DNA of 18,258 nt from a virus, in UHGV virus genome UHGV-0093038; one strand, 5' to 3'. The notes below the pieces were generated by a model. That model did no database searches, was not told where the DNA came from, and worked only from the letters and a program-made list of their open reading frames with translations. Positions 6,414-16,235 of the stretch are shown piece after piece. Both the position numbers and the translations under genes were made by a program. Numbering within the stretch: the first letter of the stretch is position 1; every line of letters starts with the position of its first letter.

Positions 6414-8612
6414 ATGGCAGAAAAAAAGATGACTGACTGGCATCGCAAGGTGCTGTGCAACTTTGATAATGCCTGGTCAGCAACGCAGGATATGCGTGAG
6501 CAGATTATTGAGGCTCAACGTTTCGTCCGGGTATCCGGCGCACAGTGGGAAGGCAGCACAAACGCTGGTTACTCATTTGATGAAGGCAGGTTTGAGCATT
6601 ACCCGCGCTTTGAACTGAATAAGATTGCCCGTGAATGTGATCGCATCATTGGCGAGTATCGACAGAATCGCATAAGCGTTAAATTCAGACCGAAGGACGA
6701 TAAGGCATCGGAAGCGTTAGCCGAAAAAATGAACGGCAAATTCCGCGCTGACTATCAGGAAACATCCGGTGGCGAAGCGTGTGATAACGCATTTGATGAT
6801 GCTGTAACGGGCGGATTCGGTTGTTTCCGCATGTGTGCCGATTACGAAGATGAAATGGATCCGAGTAACGAGCAACGCCGTATAAGCCTTCTCCCGGTTT
6901 ACGACCCAGCGACATGCGTCTTCTTCGATCAGGACAGCAAGCAATATGACCGCTCTGATGCTATGTGGGCTATGGAAATGTTCTCCATGACGCCTAAAGC
7001 GTTCGAGGCTGAATACCCTGATTCCATCGCGGCAAGTCTTTCTCGTGATGACACTGGCACTCAATATGACTGGTCAACGCCTGATGCTATCTATGTTGGT
7101 CGCTACTACGAAGTTCGCATAGAGAAGGTGAAGCTCACGGCGTGGCGTAACTCTGTTAGCGGAGAAACGGCAATCTATGATGAAGAGCAAATCAAAGATA
7201 TTGTCGACGAGCTAACCGATGGTGCATTCGAACTGATCGGTGAGCGGACAGTGAAGAAACGCCGAGTTTATTGCGGTCTTCTGTCTGGCGCTGAATGGCT
7301 GGAAGAACCAAAGCGTATTCCGGGAGAACATATTCCACTCATCCCGGTATATGGGCGTCGCTCATTTGTTGATAATCAGGAGCGAATCGAAGGCCACGCA
7401 GCAAAAGCGATGGATGCACAGCGTCTTGAGAACCTGATGGTTTCCATGATTGCAGATAACGCTACTCAGGCTGGCGGTGATGGCATTCCTATCGTGGATG
7501 TTGATTTCATTCCCGGTCCATTAATGAATCACTGGGCAGAGAGGAATAAGAAAAGACCTGCAGTTCTTCCCATGACCAGCAAGAAGGACAAAAACGGAAC
7601 GGTCATTTCAGAGGCTCAGGTTGCTGGCTGGACACCTCCGACACAAATGCCTCCTGCTCTTGCCGGGCTATTGCAGTACACCGGAACGGCTATTCAGCAA
7701 ATTACAGGCGCGTCGCAGCTTGAGAACATGCCGAGCAACGTCGCTACCGATACCGTTGATAGCATCTTTAACCGGATGGACACGCAGTCCTATATCTACA
7801 TGGACAACATGGCTAAATCCATGCGCCGTGCTGGCGTCGTGTGGCTTTCTATGGCTCGTGAAGTCTATGGCAGCGATACGCCAATGCGCATCGTTAATGA
7901 GGACGGCAGCGATGACGTGGCGCTGATGACTGGTGAAGTGGTTGACCGTCAGACAGGGCAGGTTATCGCACTTAACGACCTTTCGCAGGGTAACTATGAA
8001 GTGACTGTCGATGTCGGTCAGTCGTTCGCTACTCGCCGTGACGCAACGGTTAAGTCGTTACTTTCCATGCTGGCACTTATCCCACCAGGAACGCCGAAGC
8101 ACGACCTTGTATCGTCGATGATTCTCGACAATATGGACGGCGAAGGGATGGACGACCTTAAAGAATACAACCGCAATCAGTTGCTTCTGTCTGGAGTTAT
8201 CAAGCCGAGAACGCCAGAAGAACAGCAAATGGTTGAGCAGGCGAAACAACAACAGGCCAGTCAGCCAGATCCGGCTATGGTTGCAGCGCAAGGTCAGCTG
8301 CTTGCTGGTCAGGCTGAATTGCAGAAAGCGCAGAACGAACAGGCAGCCATTCAGGTTAAAGCATTCCAGGCACAGACTGATGCTCAGGTTGCAGCGGCAA
8401 ATGTTGTGAAAATCCTCGCATCTGCCGATAGCCAGCAGAAATCTGATATCCGCGAGGCTCTGAAACTGCTCGGACAGTTCCAGCAACAGCAAGGAGACAA
8501 TGCCCGTGCTGATGCAGAGCTTGTCCTGAGAAGTCAGGCACAGGGCCATGCGCAGCGCATGGACATCAGCAGCATCCTGCAAAAATCAACTCAACAACAA
8601 CCACAGCAGTAA
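6414..8612 (+). CDS. Portal protein, P22 gp1 type
   Basis: 732 aa, immediately after terL. Motifs GEHIPLIPVYG and DPAMVAAQGQLLAGQAELQKAQN plus a long Gln-rich helical C-terminal tail match P22 portal (725 aa) from memory. Confidence 0.95.
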   Translation: MAEKKMTDWHRKVLCNFDNAWSATQDMREQIIEAQRFVRVSGAQWEGSTNAGYSFDEGRFEHYPRFELNKIARECDRIIGEYRQNRISVKFRPKDDKASEALAEKMNGKFRADYQETSGGEACDNAFDDAVTGGFGCFRMCADYEDEMDPSNEQRRISLLPVYDPATCVFFDQDSKQYDRSDAMWAMEMFSMTPKAFEAEYPDSIAASLSRDDTGTQYDWSTPDAIYVGRYYEVRIEKVKLTAWRNSVSGETAIYDEEQIKDIVDELTDGAFELIGERTVKKRRVYCGLLSGAEWLEEPKRIPGEHIPLIPVYGRRSFVDNQERIEGHAAKAMDAQRLENLMVSMIADNATQAGGDGIPIVDVDFIPGPLMNHWAERNKKRPAVLPMTSKKDKNGTVISEAQVAGWTPPTQMPPALAGLLQYTGTAIQQITGASQLENMPSNVATDTVDSIFNRMDTQSYIYMDNMAKSMRRAGVVWLSMAREVYGSDTPMRIVNEDGSDDVALMTGEVVDRQTGQVIALNDLSQGNYEVTVDVGQSFATRRDATVKSLLSMLALIPPGTPKHDLVSSMILDNMDGEGMDDLKEYNRNQLLLSGVIKPRTPEEQQMVEQAKQQQASQPDPAMVAAQGQLLAGQAELQKAQNEQAAIQVKAFQAQTDAQVAAANVVKILASADSQQKSDIREALKLLGQFQQQQGDNARADAELVLRSQAQGHAQRMDISSILQKSTQQQPQQ

Positions 8613-8702
8613 TTAACCCATAACGTGCAATGGCTGTCTTTATGAGGCCTGGCACCCTATTGCCTTCCGATGGGCTGAACATCGAGTAAACAGGGGTAAC
8701 AA

Positions 8703-9596
8703 ATGGACCAGATGGCAGAAAACACACCAGAAGTTGAAATCGAAACCGACGCGTCAGAGCAGATTCCTGATGATGTCGAACTGGCTGAAGAAGTCGAAAC
8801 AGAAGATGGCAGTGAGTCCTCCGGCAATGATGCAGAGGAAGCTACTGAAACTGATGACGACGAATCAGAACAGGAATTCTACTTTGGTGACGAAAAGCTG
8901 GATTCGCCAACCAGCGAAGATGGCGCAGAGCATGGACTGGTAAAACACCTGCGCAAGACGATTAAAGAGAAAGACCGCGAGCTGAAAGAGCTGATGCGTC
9001 AGTCTCAGAAACCCGTCGAGCAGCAGCCGGTAATCACTCAACCACCGCGAATGCCAAAACTGGACGATGAGGACATCGGTTTCGATGAAGAAATCTACCA
9101 GCAACGCATGGCTAAGTGGGCAGAGGAAAACGGCAAATACCAGGAGCAAGTACGAGAGCGGAAACGAGAGGAAGAGGCGCGTACCGCAACGCTTCAGCAG
9201 AAAGCAGCCAATTACATGCAGAGAGTAAAAGCACTGAAAGTGGCTGGCTACCAGGATGCAGAGCAGGCTGTACGCGAAGATGTTCCTGTTCATATTCAGG
9301 ACATGATCCTTCTTGAGTCAGAGAAGCCGGAAATCGTTGTTCTGGCGCTCGGCCGCAACGCTGAACTGCGCAAGCAACTGGCAGAAGCTACCAACCCCGT
9401 AGCAATTGGTCGTCTGCTGGAACGTATCGAATCGAAGGCCAGAATCATGCCAAAAGCAAAAACCACGGCAGCCACAACCCCGACAGTTAAGGGGAGCAAC
9501 GGCGCAGTAATCAATAACCTCGACAAACTGAAAGCCAAGGCGCTGGAAACTGGTGACTGGACGCCGTATTTCGCCGCTAAAAAGGCAAAAAAATAA
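8703..9596 (+). CDS. Scaffolding protein
   Basis: 297-aa ORF between portal and coat, the conserved position. Highly acidic N-terminus, predicted helical charged body and a basic C-terminal coat-binding-like tail (KLKAK...KKAKK). Size is similar to P22 gp8. Confidence 0.7.
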   Translation: MDQMAENTPEVEIETDASEQIPDDVELAEEVETEDGSESSGNDAEEATETDDDESEQEFYFGDEKLDSPTSEDGAEHGLVKHLRKTIKEKDRELKELMRQSQKPVEQQPVITQPPRMPKLDDEDIGFDEEIYQQRMAKWAEENGKYQEQVRERKREEEARTATLQQKAANYMQRVKALKVAGYQDAEQAVREDVPVHIQDMILLESEKPEIVVLALGRNAELRKQLAEATNPVAIGRLLERIESKARIMPKAKTTAATTPTVKGSNGAVINNLDKLKAKALETGDWTPYFAAKKAKK

Positions 9597-9614
9597 CCTA
9601 TCGGAGCATTAAGC

Positions 9615-10868
9615 ATGGCTAACCAATTAGCAAAAGACCTTGAAATCATGTTCGAAAACTACGTTGAAGGCTTTGAGGCCGCCTGCGTAGTTTCCCGTAA
9701 CGCTAAAAAATTCCGTCCCGGTGATACAGCAATGCAGCGAGCAGGTGATGTTCTGTATCGTCCGCAGCATTACCACATGAACATTGAGGAAGGCCTCGAT
9801 CTCAGCAGCAAAACGCCAACAGCACTGGTTCAGCGCCTTGTTCCTTCAGTGTTCAAGGAGCCGAAAAACATTCTGTACACTCTGGATGCGCGTGAAATGC
9901 GTGACCCGGAACATAAAACTGAAGCTGGTCGCGCCGCAGGTATGCGCCTTGCTGCACAGATTGACTCTGACCTGATTTCCATGGTCACGCAGCGTGCTAC
10001 TAACGTGATCACAATGGCTGACTCAACCACTGGTTCACAGGGCCGTGATTTGTGGAACTGTGCGGCAGGTATTGATGCCACCATGACGGCGATTGGTGTA
10101 CCACAGGGTATCAACCGCCGCTCTTTCTGGAACCCCTTCAACTACAAAGACCTTGCTGGCGAGCTTGGTCACCGTGCCTATGCTCAGGGCGCAACCCTGA
10201 CAGCATACGAAAAAGCGCAGATCCCTCCGGTTGCGTCCTTCGATAGCTACAAGACCGATATTTCTGGTCGTGTTCCGAAGGGTACAGCAACTTCCATTAC
10301 GCTGGCAGCAGCACCTGCGCACAAAGTTGAAGCGAAAGATGCTAACGATATGCCAGTTGATAACCGGCAGGGGACCATTACGGTATCTGCTGAAGGTTTG
10401 CAGGTTGGCGATGCGTTTACCATCGCAGGGGTGAATTCTGTACACCAGATCACCAAAGATACCACCGGGCAGCCGCAGGTATTCCGCGTTCTGGCAGTAA
10501 GCGGAACGACAGTAACTATCTCCCCGAAAATTCTGCCGCCTGACAACGCGGATGTCGCCAGCCGACCATATGCAAACGTTGATGCTAATGCGGCAAGTAG
10601 CGCAGCAATCACCATTCTCAACAAAAATGCCGCACCGGCTAACCTGTTCTGGGCTGATGGTTCTGTTGAACTGATGTACGGCAAGCTGGCGTTCCCAACT
10701 GGTCAGGGTCCACAAGTAATGACAGCAACCACCGAGCAGGGCGCTACGCTGATCATGTCTTACGCCTTCGACCACATCAAAGGCGTAACCACTGCTCGTT
10801 TCACCACTCTGTATGGTTGCTCTGTACTTGTTCCTGAATATACGGGCATCGTTATTGCCGGGCAGTAA
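9615..10868 (+). CDS. Major capsid (coat) protein, P22 gp5-like
   Basis: 417-aa ORF with a GGAG RBS, followed by a strong terminator. Position and size fit the P22-like coat protein, and the region NLFWADGSVELMYG parallels the P22 coat C-terminal region from memory. Confidence 0.88.
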   Translation: MANQLAKDLEIMFENYVEGFEAACVVSRNAKKFRPGDTAMQRAGDVLYRPQHYHMNIEEGLDLSSKTPTALVQRLVPSVFKEPKNILYTLDAREMRDPEHKTEAGRAAGMRLAAQIDSDLISMVTQRATNVITMADSTTGSQGRDLWNCAAGIDATMTAIGVPQGINRRSFWNPFNYKDLAGELGHRAYAQGATLTAYEKAQIPPVASFDSYKTDISGRVPKGTATSITLAAAPAHKVEAKDANDMPVDNRQGTITVSAEGLQVGDAFTIAGVNSVHQITKDTTGQPQVFRVLAVSGTTVTISPKILPPDNADVASRPYANVDANAASSAAITILNKNAAPANLFWADGSVELMYGKLAFPTGQGPQVMTATTEQGATLIMSYAFDHIKGVTTARFTTLYGCSVLVPEYTGIVIAGQ

Positions 10869-10875
10869 TTTTGGT

Positions 10876-10895
10876 GGGGCTTCGGCCCCATTTTT
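10876..10895 (+). terminator. Intrinsic terminator immediately after the coat gene
   Basis: GGGGC-TTCG-GCCCC (10876-10889; the loop TTCG belongs to the UNCG tetraloop class) followed by ATTTTTATT. Confidence 0.65.
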
Positions 10896-10909
10896 ATTGG
10901 GAGAAGACA

Positions 10910-11098
10910 ATGGCACGAACAATGCTCTATAAGCCAGGCAACATGATCACCTGTGGTCAGTTTGCTGTCGATTACATCATTGTTGATGACGAAGAAGTTA
11001 AATCTCACCTGAAAAAAGGTTGGGTAAAAACTCCTGAAGAAACCGCAACGAAGCAAAAAGTGGCTAAGGCGGAAGAAGATGGCGAAAACGAAGGGTGA
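10910..11098 (+). CDS. Hypothetical small protein (62 aa) between coat and gp4
   Basis: ATG at 10910 preceded by GGGAG at 7-nt spacing. Product MARTMLYKPGNMITCGQFAVDYIIVDDEEVKSHLKKGWVKTPEETATKQKVAKAEEDGENEG. Its 3' end overlaps the gp4 start by 20 nt in another frame. The ORF track's TTG start at 10871 lies inside the terminator hairpin. Confidence 0.45.
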   Translation: MARTMLYKPGNMITCGQFAVDYIIVDDEEVKSHLKKGWVKTPEETATKQKVAKAEEDGENEG

Positions 11099-11540
11099 TC
11101 TCGTTCTTAAGGCTTTACGAAAAGCCGGGCTGTATTCCAATGCCACGTTGACAGATGCTGACCCTCAGGCAATTGAAGATGCCATTAATGACCTCGAAGA
11201 CATGATGGCAGCATGGCAGGCTAAAGGTATCGAGCTTGGATATCAGTTTGCTGATACAGAAAACGGCATCATGCCGTTACCTGACGATGATTCAGGTATC
11301 CCTGCATGGGCAAATGATGGCGTCGCTTTGAAACTCGCTGTGCAAGTGTGCATGGATAACGTCATTCAGCCGTCAGACGCTCTCCTTACCGCTGCTGACA
11401 GTGCATATCAGACAATCTGCATCGCTTTAACCAAAATACCACCACTTGAGCGGCGAAATGACATGCCTCGCGGTAGTGGTAACAAAAGCGCGTTTACGTG
11501 GAATCGGTTTTACATCGAGAAAGATGATCCGAGTACGTGA
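11079..11540 (+). CDS. Head-completion / tail accessory factor gp4 (P22 gene 4 homolog)
   Basis: 153-aa product MAKTKGDLVLKALRKAGLYSNATLTDADPQAIEDAINDLEDMMAAW matches the P22 gp4 N-terminus from memory and is in gene order with gp10 and gp26. Confidence 0.88.
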   Translation: MAKTKGDLVLKALRKAGLYSNATLTDADPQAIEDAINDLEDMMAAWQAKGIELGYQFADTENGIMPLPDDDSGIPAWANDGVALKLAVQVCMDNVIQPSDALLTAADSAYQTICIALTKIPPLERRNDMPRGSGNKSAFTWNRFYIEKDDPST

Positions 11541-11549
11541 GGTGAATAA

Positions 11550-12968
11550 ATGCCGATTCAGCAACTTCCGCTCATGAAAGGTGTCGGCAAAGACTTCCGA
11601 AATGCCGACTATATCGACTATCTGCCAGTGAATATGCTGGCTACCCCCAAAGAAATCCTGAACAGCAGCGGATATCTTCGCTCATTCCCGGGCATTGCCA
11701 AACGTTCTGATGTGAACGGCGTATCGCGCGGCGTCGAGTACAACATGGCGCAGAGTGCTGTTTATCGCGTGTGTGGTGGCAAGTTGTATAAGGGCGAAAG
11801 CGAAGTCGGTGATGTTGCCGGAAGTGGTCGTGTATCAATGGCGCACGGTCGGACATCTCAGGCTGTAGGCGTTAATGGTCAACTGGTCGAATACCGCTAT
11901 GATGGCACGGTTAAAACCGTCTCAAACTGGCCTACAGACAGTGGATTTACGCAGTATGAGTTAGGCTCAGTCCGCGACATTACGCGCTTACGTGGGCGTT
12001 ATGCGTGGTCAAAAGACGGAACTGATTCATGGTTCATCACTGACCTTGAAGACGAATCGCATCCTGACCGTTACAGCGCACAATATCGCGCAGAATCGCA
12101 GCCGGACGGCATCATCGGCATAGGTACATGGCGAGACTTCATCGTCTGCTTTGGTTCATCGACGATTGAATATTTCTCCCTGACAGGCGCAACTACCGTT
12201 GGTGCTGCTTTGTATGTCGCACAGCCATCACTGATGGTGCAGAAAGGTATTGCCGGGACTTACTGCAAAACGCCGTTTGCTGATTCGTATGCGTTTATCA
12301 GCAATCCGGCAACAGGTGCGCCGTCTGTATACATCATCGGCTCCGGTCAGGTGTCACCAATCGCCAGCGCGAGCATTGAGAAAATACTACGCTCCTACAC
12401 TGCTGATGAACTGGCTGATGGCGTGATGGAGTCTCTGCGATTTGATGCGCATGAGCTGCTGATTATTCACCTGCCGCGCCACGTCCTCGTGTACGACGCA
12501 TCTTCAAGCGCCAATGGTCCGCAATGGTGCGTACTGAAAACAGGACTGTATGATGATGTGTACCGCGCTATCGACTTCATTTACGAAGGCAATCAGATAA
12601 CGTGCGGCGATAAGCTGGAGTCCGTGACCGGGAAATTGCAATTCGATATCAGCAGCCAGTACGACAAGCAACAGGAACACCTGCTGTTTACTCCGTTGTT
12701 CAAAGCGGATAACGCCAGAGTTTTCGACCTTGAAGTTGAATCTTCAACTGGCGTAGCTCAATACGCCGACCGCCTGTTCCTCTCTGCAACCACTGACGGC
12801 ATAAATTACGGTCGTGAACAGATGATTGAGCAGAATGAACCGTTCGTTTACGACAAACGCGTTTTGTGGAAGCGAGTTGGGCGCATCAGGAAAAATGTCG
12901 GCTTCAAATTGCGTGTTATCACGAAGTCACCTGTCACTCTGTCTGGTTGCCAGATAAGGATTGAGTAA
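11550..12968 (+). CDS. Head-completion / tail hub protein gp10 (P22 gene 10 homolog)
   Basis: 472-aa product [46 protein letters not shown]... matches P22 gp10 (472 aa) from memory along most of its length. Confidence 0.92.
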   Translation: MPIQQLPLMKGVGKDFRNADYIDYLPVNMLATPKEILNSSGYLRSFPGIAKRSDVNGVSRGVEYNMAQSAVYRVCGGKLYKGESEVGDVAGSGRVSMAHGRTSQAVGVNGQLVEYRYDGTVKTVSNWPTDSGFTQYELGSVRDITRLRGRYAWSKDGTDSWFITDLEDESHPDRYSAQYRAESQPDGIIGIGTWRDFIVCFGSSTIEYFSLTGATTVGAALYVAQPSLMVQKGIAGTYCKTPFADSYAFISNPATGAPSVYIIGSGQVSPIASASIEKILRSYTADELADGVMESLRFDAHELLIIHLPRHVLVYDASSSANGPQWCVLKTGLYDDVYRAIDFIYEGNQITCGDKLESVTGKLQFDISSQYDKQQEHLLFTPLFKADNARVFDLEVESSTGVAQYADRLFLSATTDGINYGREQMIEQNEPFVYDKRVLWKRVGRIRKNVGFKLRVITKSPVTLSGCQIRIE

Positions 12969-13669
12969 TGGTTGATTCATCACTGAATGATCCTGTTGTG
13001 GTTCAGGCTACGCGGCTTGATGCTTCAATTTTGCCACGCAATATATTCAGCCAGTCTTACCTGCTGTATGTCATAAATCAGGGAGCTGATGTCGGCGCAA
13101 TTGCCGGGAAGGCAAATCAGGCTGGTCAGGGCGCTTACGATGCCCAGGTAAAAAACGATGAACAGGACGTCGAACTGGCTAATCACGACGCAAGAATCAC
13201 CGCAAACACAAAAGCGATAAATCTCCTTGAGGTCAGGTTAACAACCGCCGAAGGGAAGATAGTCGTACTGCGTAGCGATGTTGATTACTTGCTGGATGAG
13301 GTTATCGATATTCAGGCGCATCTGGTCACTGTTGACCAAAGACTGGATGACGTAGAAAACGATGTCTCTGGCATTAAGAGTGATTACGTATCGAAAACCG
13401 TAACCGAATCGCAGTCTCTTGCGTCACCGCTGGATGTAAAAACATCATATTCAGTTGATGGAATTCAGGTCGTTGGAGCAAGGCATACCGGATGGACAGC
13501 TGCCACAGGCACACCACTTCTTGGCTCATTCAACGCTAACCAGTCATACACGATCGGCACTACGTACACACAATCCGAAGTCGCAGCTATCGCTACAGGT
13601 TTGGAGCAGGCGCGGCAGCGTATTCTGGCGCTTGAAACAGCACTTAGATTACATGGGCTGATTGACTGA
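12968..13669 (+). CDS. Tail needle protein gp26 (P22 gene 26 homolog)
   Basis: 233 aa, the same length as P22 gp26. N-terminus ...[31 protein letters not shown]... and C-terminus ...[30 protein letters not shown] match from memory; the central coiled-coil segment differs. Start overlaps the gp10 stop. Confidence 0.92.
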   Translation: MVDSSLNDPVVVQATRLDASILPRNIFSQSYLLYVINQGADVGAIAGKANQAGQGAYDAQVKNDEQDVELANHDARITANTKAINLLEVRLTTAEGKIVVLRSDVDYLLDEVIDIQAHLVTVDQRLDDVENDVSGIKSDYVSKTVTESQSLASPLDVKTSYSVDGIQVVGARHTGWTAATGTPLLGSFNANQSYTIGTTYTQSEVAAIATGLEQARQRILALETALRLHGLID

Positions 13670-14124
13670 TGATTACATTCAAACCAACGCGAAACATCGA
13701 CCTGATAGAAGCTGTCGGAAATCACCCTGACATTATCGCTGGTAGCAACAACGGTGATGGATACGACTACAAACCTGAATGCCGTTACTTTGAGGTGAAC
13801 GTGCACGGACAGTTCGGCGGCATTGTTTACTATCAGGAGATTCAGCCGCTGACATTCGATTGCCACGCCATGTACCTGCCAGAGATTCGCGGCTTCAGCA
13901 AGGAAATCGGGCTGGCGTTCTGGCGATACATTCTGACTAACACCACCGTTCAGTGCGTCACATCGTTCGCTGCGCGCAAATTCCGCCACGGGCAGATGTA
14001 CTGCGCAATGATTGGCCTTAAGCGTGTAGGAACCATCAAGAAATACTTCAAAGGCGTGGATGACGTGACATTTTACAGTGCTACACGCGAAGAACTAATC
14101 GACTTCCTGAATCACGGGAGATAG
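13669..14124 (+). CDS. Gene-14-like virion protein (position of P22 gene 14; ejection/assembly-associated)
   Basis: 151-aa ORF between the tail-needle and gp7 homologs, start overlapping the gp26 stop. Assigned mainly by synteny with the P22 order 26-14-7-20-16. Confidence 0.65.
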   Translation: MITFKPTRNIDLIEAVGNHPDIIAGSNNGDGYDYKPECRYFEVNVHGQFGGIVYYQEIQPLTFDCHAMYLPEIRGFSKEIGLAFWRYILTNTTVQCVTSFAARKFRHGQMYCAMIGLKRVGTIKKYFKGVDDVTFYSATREELIDFLNHGR

Positions 14125-14126
14125 CC

Positions 14127-14819
14127 ATGTTATATGCATTTAAGCTGGGCAGAAAACTGCGCGGCGAGGAACCTTATTGCCCTGAAAAAGGCGGGAAAGG
14201 TGGCAGTTCTGATAAAAGTGCAAAGTATGCCGCAGAAGCTCAGAAGTATGCCGCAGACCTGCAAAATCAACAGTGGCAGACGATCATGAAAAACCTTGCT
14301 CCGTTCACGCCGCTTGCGGAGCAGTATGTTAACCAGCTTCAGAATCTTTCCAGTTTAGAAGGTCAGGAGCAGGCACTTAATCAGTATTACAACTCTCAGC
14401 AGTATAAAGACTTGGCAGGTCAGGCTCGTTACCAGAGTCTTGCTGCTGCGGAGGCGACTGGCGGACTTGGTTCGACAGCTACAAGCAATCAACTGGCTAC
14501 GATTGCTCCGACTCTCGGTCAGTCGTGGTTATCAAACCAGATGAGCAATTACAACAATCTGGCAAACGTTGGGCTTGGTGCGCTGCAAGGTCAGGCAAAC
14601 GCTGGGCAGACATACGCCAACAACATGAGCAGCATTGCACAGCAAAGCGCAGCACTTGCCGCTGCTAATGCCAATAAACCATCAAGTCTTCAGACTGCAA
14701 TTAGCGGTGGCACGTCTGGTGCGATTGCCGGTGCAGGTCTTGCCAGCCTTTTGGGAACATCAACACCTTGGGGCGCTGGCATTGGTGCTGGTATCGGATT
14801 GCTTGGCTCGTTGTTTTAA
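14127..14819 (+). CDS. Ejection (DNA transfer) protein gp7 homolog
   Basis: 230 aa (P22 gp7 is ~229 aa). N-terminus MLYAFKLGRKLRGEEPYCPEKGGKGGSSDKS as recalled for gp7; Gln/Ala/Gly-rich body with a Gly-rich hydrophobic C-terminus. GGGAG RBS. Confidence 0.82.
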   Translation: MLYAFKLGRKLRGEEPYCPEKGGKGGSSDKSAKYAAEAQKYAADLQNQQWQTIMKNLAPFTPLAEQYVNQLQNLSSLEGQEQALNQYYNSQQYKDLAGQARYQSLAAAEATGGLGSTATSNQLATIAPTLGQSWLSNQMSNYNNLANVGLGALQGQANAGQTYANNMSSIAQQSAALAAANANKPSSLQTAISGGTSGAIAGAGLASLLGTSTPWGAGIGAGIGLLGSLF

Positions 14820-14828
14820 GGGGTAATC

Positions 14829-16235
14829 ATGGCTACTTGGCAAGGATCAAATGGCGGATTGTTGGCTGGTATCGGTGGCGTCAACTCAAACGCCCCTAGC
14901 GTAAATGACATCGGAAATACGCTTCAGCTTATCAGGCAGAACAATGATATTGAGCGTTCAGGCGCTAACAATGTTGGACTGACGGCTTTGCAAGGTCTTT
15001 CAGGTATTGCGGGTGTTTTTCAGCAGGAAAAGCAGGCTCAACGGCAGAAAGAATTTCAGCAGGCGTACGCTAATGCTTATGCGTCTGGTGATCGCGGTGC
15101 TTTGCGTCAGTTGGCTACTCAATATCCAGACCAGATTGAATCTGTTCGTAAAGGCATGGGATTCATTGATGAAGACCAGCGCAATTCTATCGGCACCTTA
15201 GCGGCTGGCGCACGCCTTGCATCATCGTCTCCAGAAGCAATGCAATCATGGCTGCAAAACAACGCCAAGGAACTGGCGCGCGTCGGTGTTGACCCTAACA
15301 ACGTTGCTCAGATGTATCAGCAGAACCCTTCAGGATTTGGTGAGTTTGTTGATCACCTTGGAATGGCTGCACTTGGTCCGATTGACTACTTCAATGTTCA
15401 GGACAAGATGGCTGGTCGTGAAATTGACCGAGGCAGGCTGGCAGAGACAATCCGCAGCAATCAGGCTGGAGAAGCACTTCAGGCGAGAGGGCAAAACCTT
15501 TCCTATCAGTCAGCAATGACTGGGCACAATATCGCAGCACAACGCTTGGCTCTGGATCAGCAAGAGTTCGGGTTTAAGATGCAGCAAGCGCAGGAAAAGG
15601 CTCAGCAGTTGATTAGCGAAGCACCTAAGCTGTCAGTAAACATGGAAAAAGGCATCGAGACGGCTGTAAACAATGCCACAGCATCATCAAACTCAGCCAA
15701 TTCCATGAGTGCGCTTGCTCAACAGTTCAGAGCAGAAAAACCAACGACAGGTTTGTTCGGTAACGCACAGAACATGTTCGCAAAACTTACCGGAAGCGAT
15801 ACGACATTGCGTGATTTGCGCATTCGCCAAAATGCCCTTGTTAACAGTCAGGTTCTTAAATTCCTACCTCCCGGCCCAGCAACGGATAAAGACGTTGAGA
15901 TCGTTCGACAGGGTGCGCCAACTGACATGGATAACCCTGAGACGGTCGCAAGATGGCTTGATGCAATGGCAAACCTTGAGCGACGAAACGCGCAGTTTAA
16001 TGAGTTTAAAGCCGAGTGGATGAGCGCGAATGGCAACCCTGGACAATCGCGTAATGGCGGTCAGATATTGGGGTTGGATGTTAAAAAAGGTGAATCATTG
16101 GGGAGTGCCGTTAAGCGGTATATGTCATTGAATACTGACGCAGCGCCAGCACAAGATTCGACACCTTCAGGAGAACCACGTAATCAGGTTGGATCATATA
16201 CCTCAAAATCAGGCATTCAATTTACGGTGGAATGA
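14829..16235 (+). CDS. Ejection (DNA transfer) protein gp20 homolog
   Basis: 468 aa (P22 gp20 is ~471 aa), in synteny after gp7, AGGGG RBS. Confidence 0.82.
   Translation: MATWQGSNGGLLAGIGGVNSNAPSVNDIGNTLQLIRQNNDIERSGANNVGLTALQGLSGIAGVFQQEKQAQRQKEFQQAYANAYASGDRGALRQLATQYPDQIESVRKGMGFIDEDQRNSIGTLAAGARLASSSPEAMQSWLQNNAKELARVGVDPNNVAQMYQQNPSGFGEFVDHLGMAALGPIDYFNVQDKMAGREIDRGRLAETIRSNQAGEALQARGQNLSYQSAMTGHNIAAQRLALDQQEFGFKMQQAQEKAQQLISEAPKLSVNMEKGIETAVNNATASSNSANSMSALAQQFRAEKPTTGLFGNAQNMFAKLTGSDTTLRDLRIRQNALVNSQVLKFLPPGPATDKDVEIVRQGAPTDMDNPETVARWLDAMANLERRNAQFNEFKAEWMSANGNPGQSRNGGQILGLDVKKGESLGSAVKRYMSLNTDAAPAQDSTPSGEPRNQVGSYTSKSGIQFTVE

Noticed and set aside
8058-8582. 174-aa minus-strand ORF
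   Set aside because: Lies entirely antisense to the well-supported portal gene. Translation is Cys/Leu/Arg-rich and low-complexity with no RBS context, so it looks like a chance open frame.
10035-10922. 295-aa minus-strand ORF
   Set aside because: Antisense to the coat gene and its terminator. Composition (many Cys, Arg, Trp) is typical of a non-coding antisense frame of a GC-balanced gene.
10871-11098. TTG start at 10871 for the small post-coat ORF, as in the ORF track
   Set aside because: That start lies inside the terminator hairpin right after the coat gene and has no RBS. The ATG at 10910 with GGGAG upstream is the plausible start, if the ORF is real at all.
13465-13989. 174-aa minus-strand ORF
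   Set aside because: Antisense to the gp26 and gp14 homologs, which are supported by synteny and similarity. No independent support.
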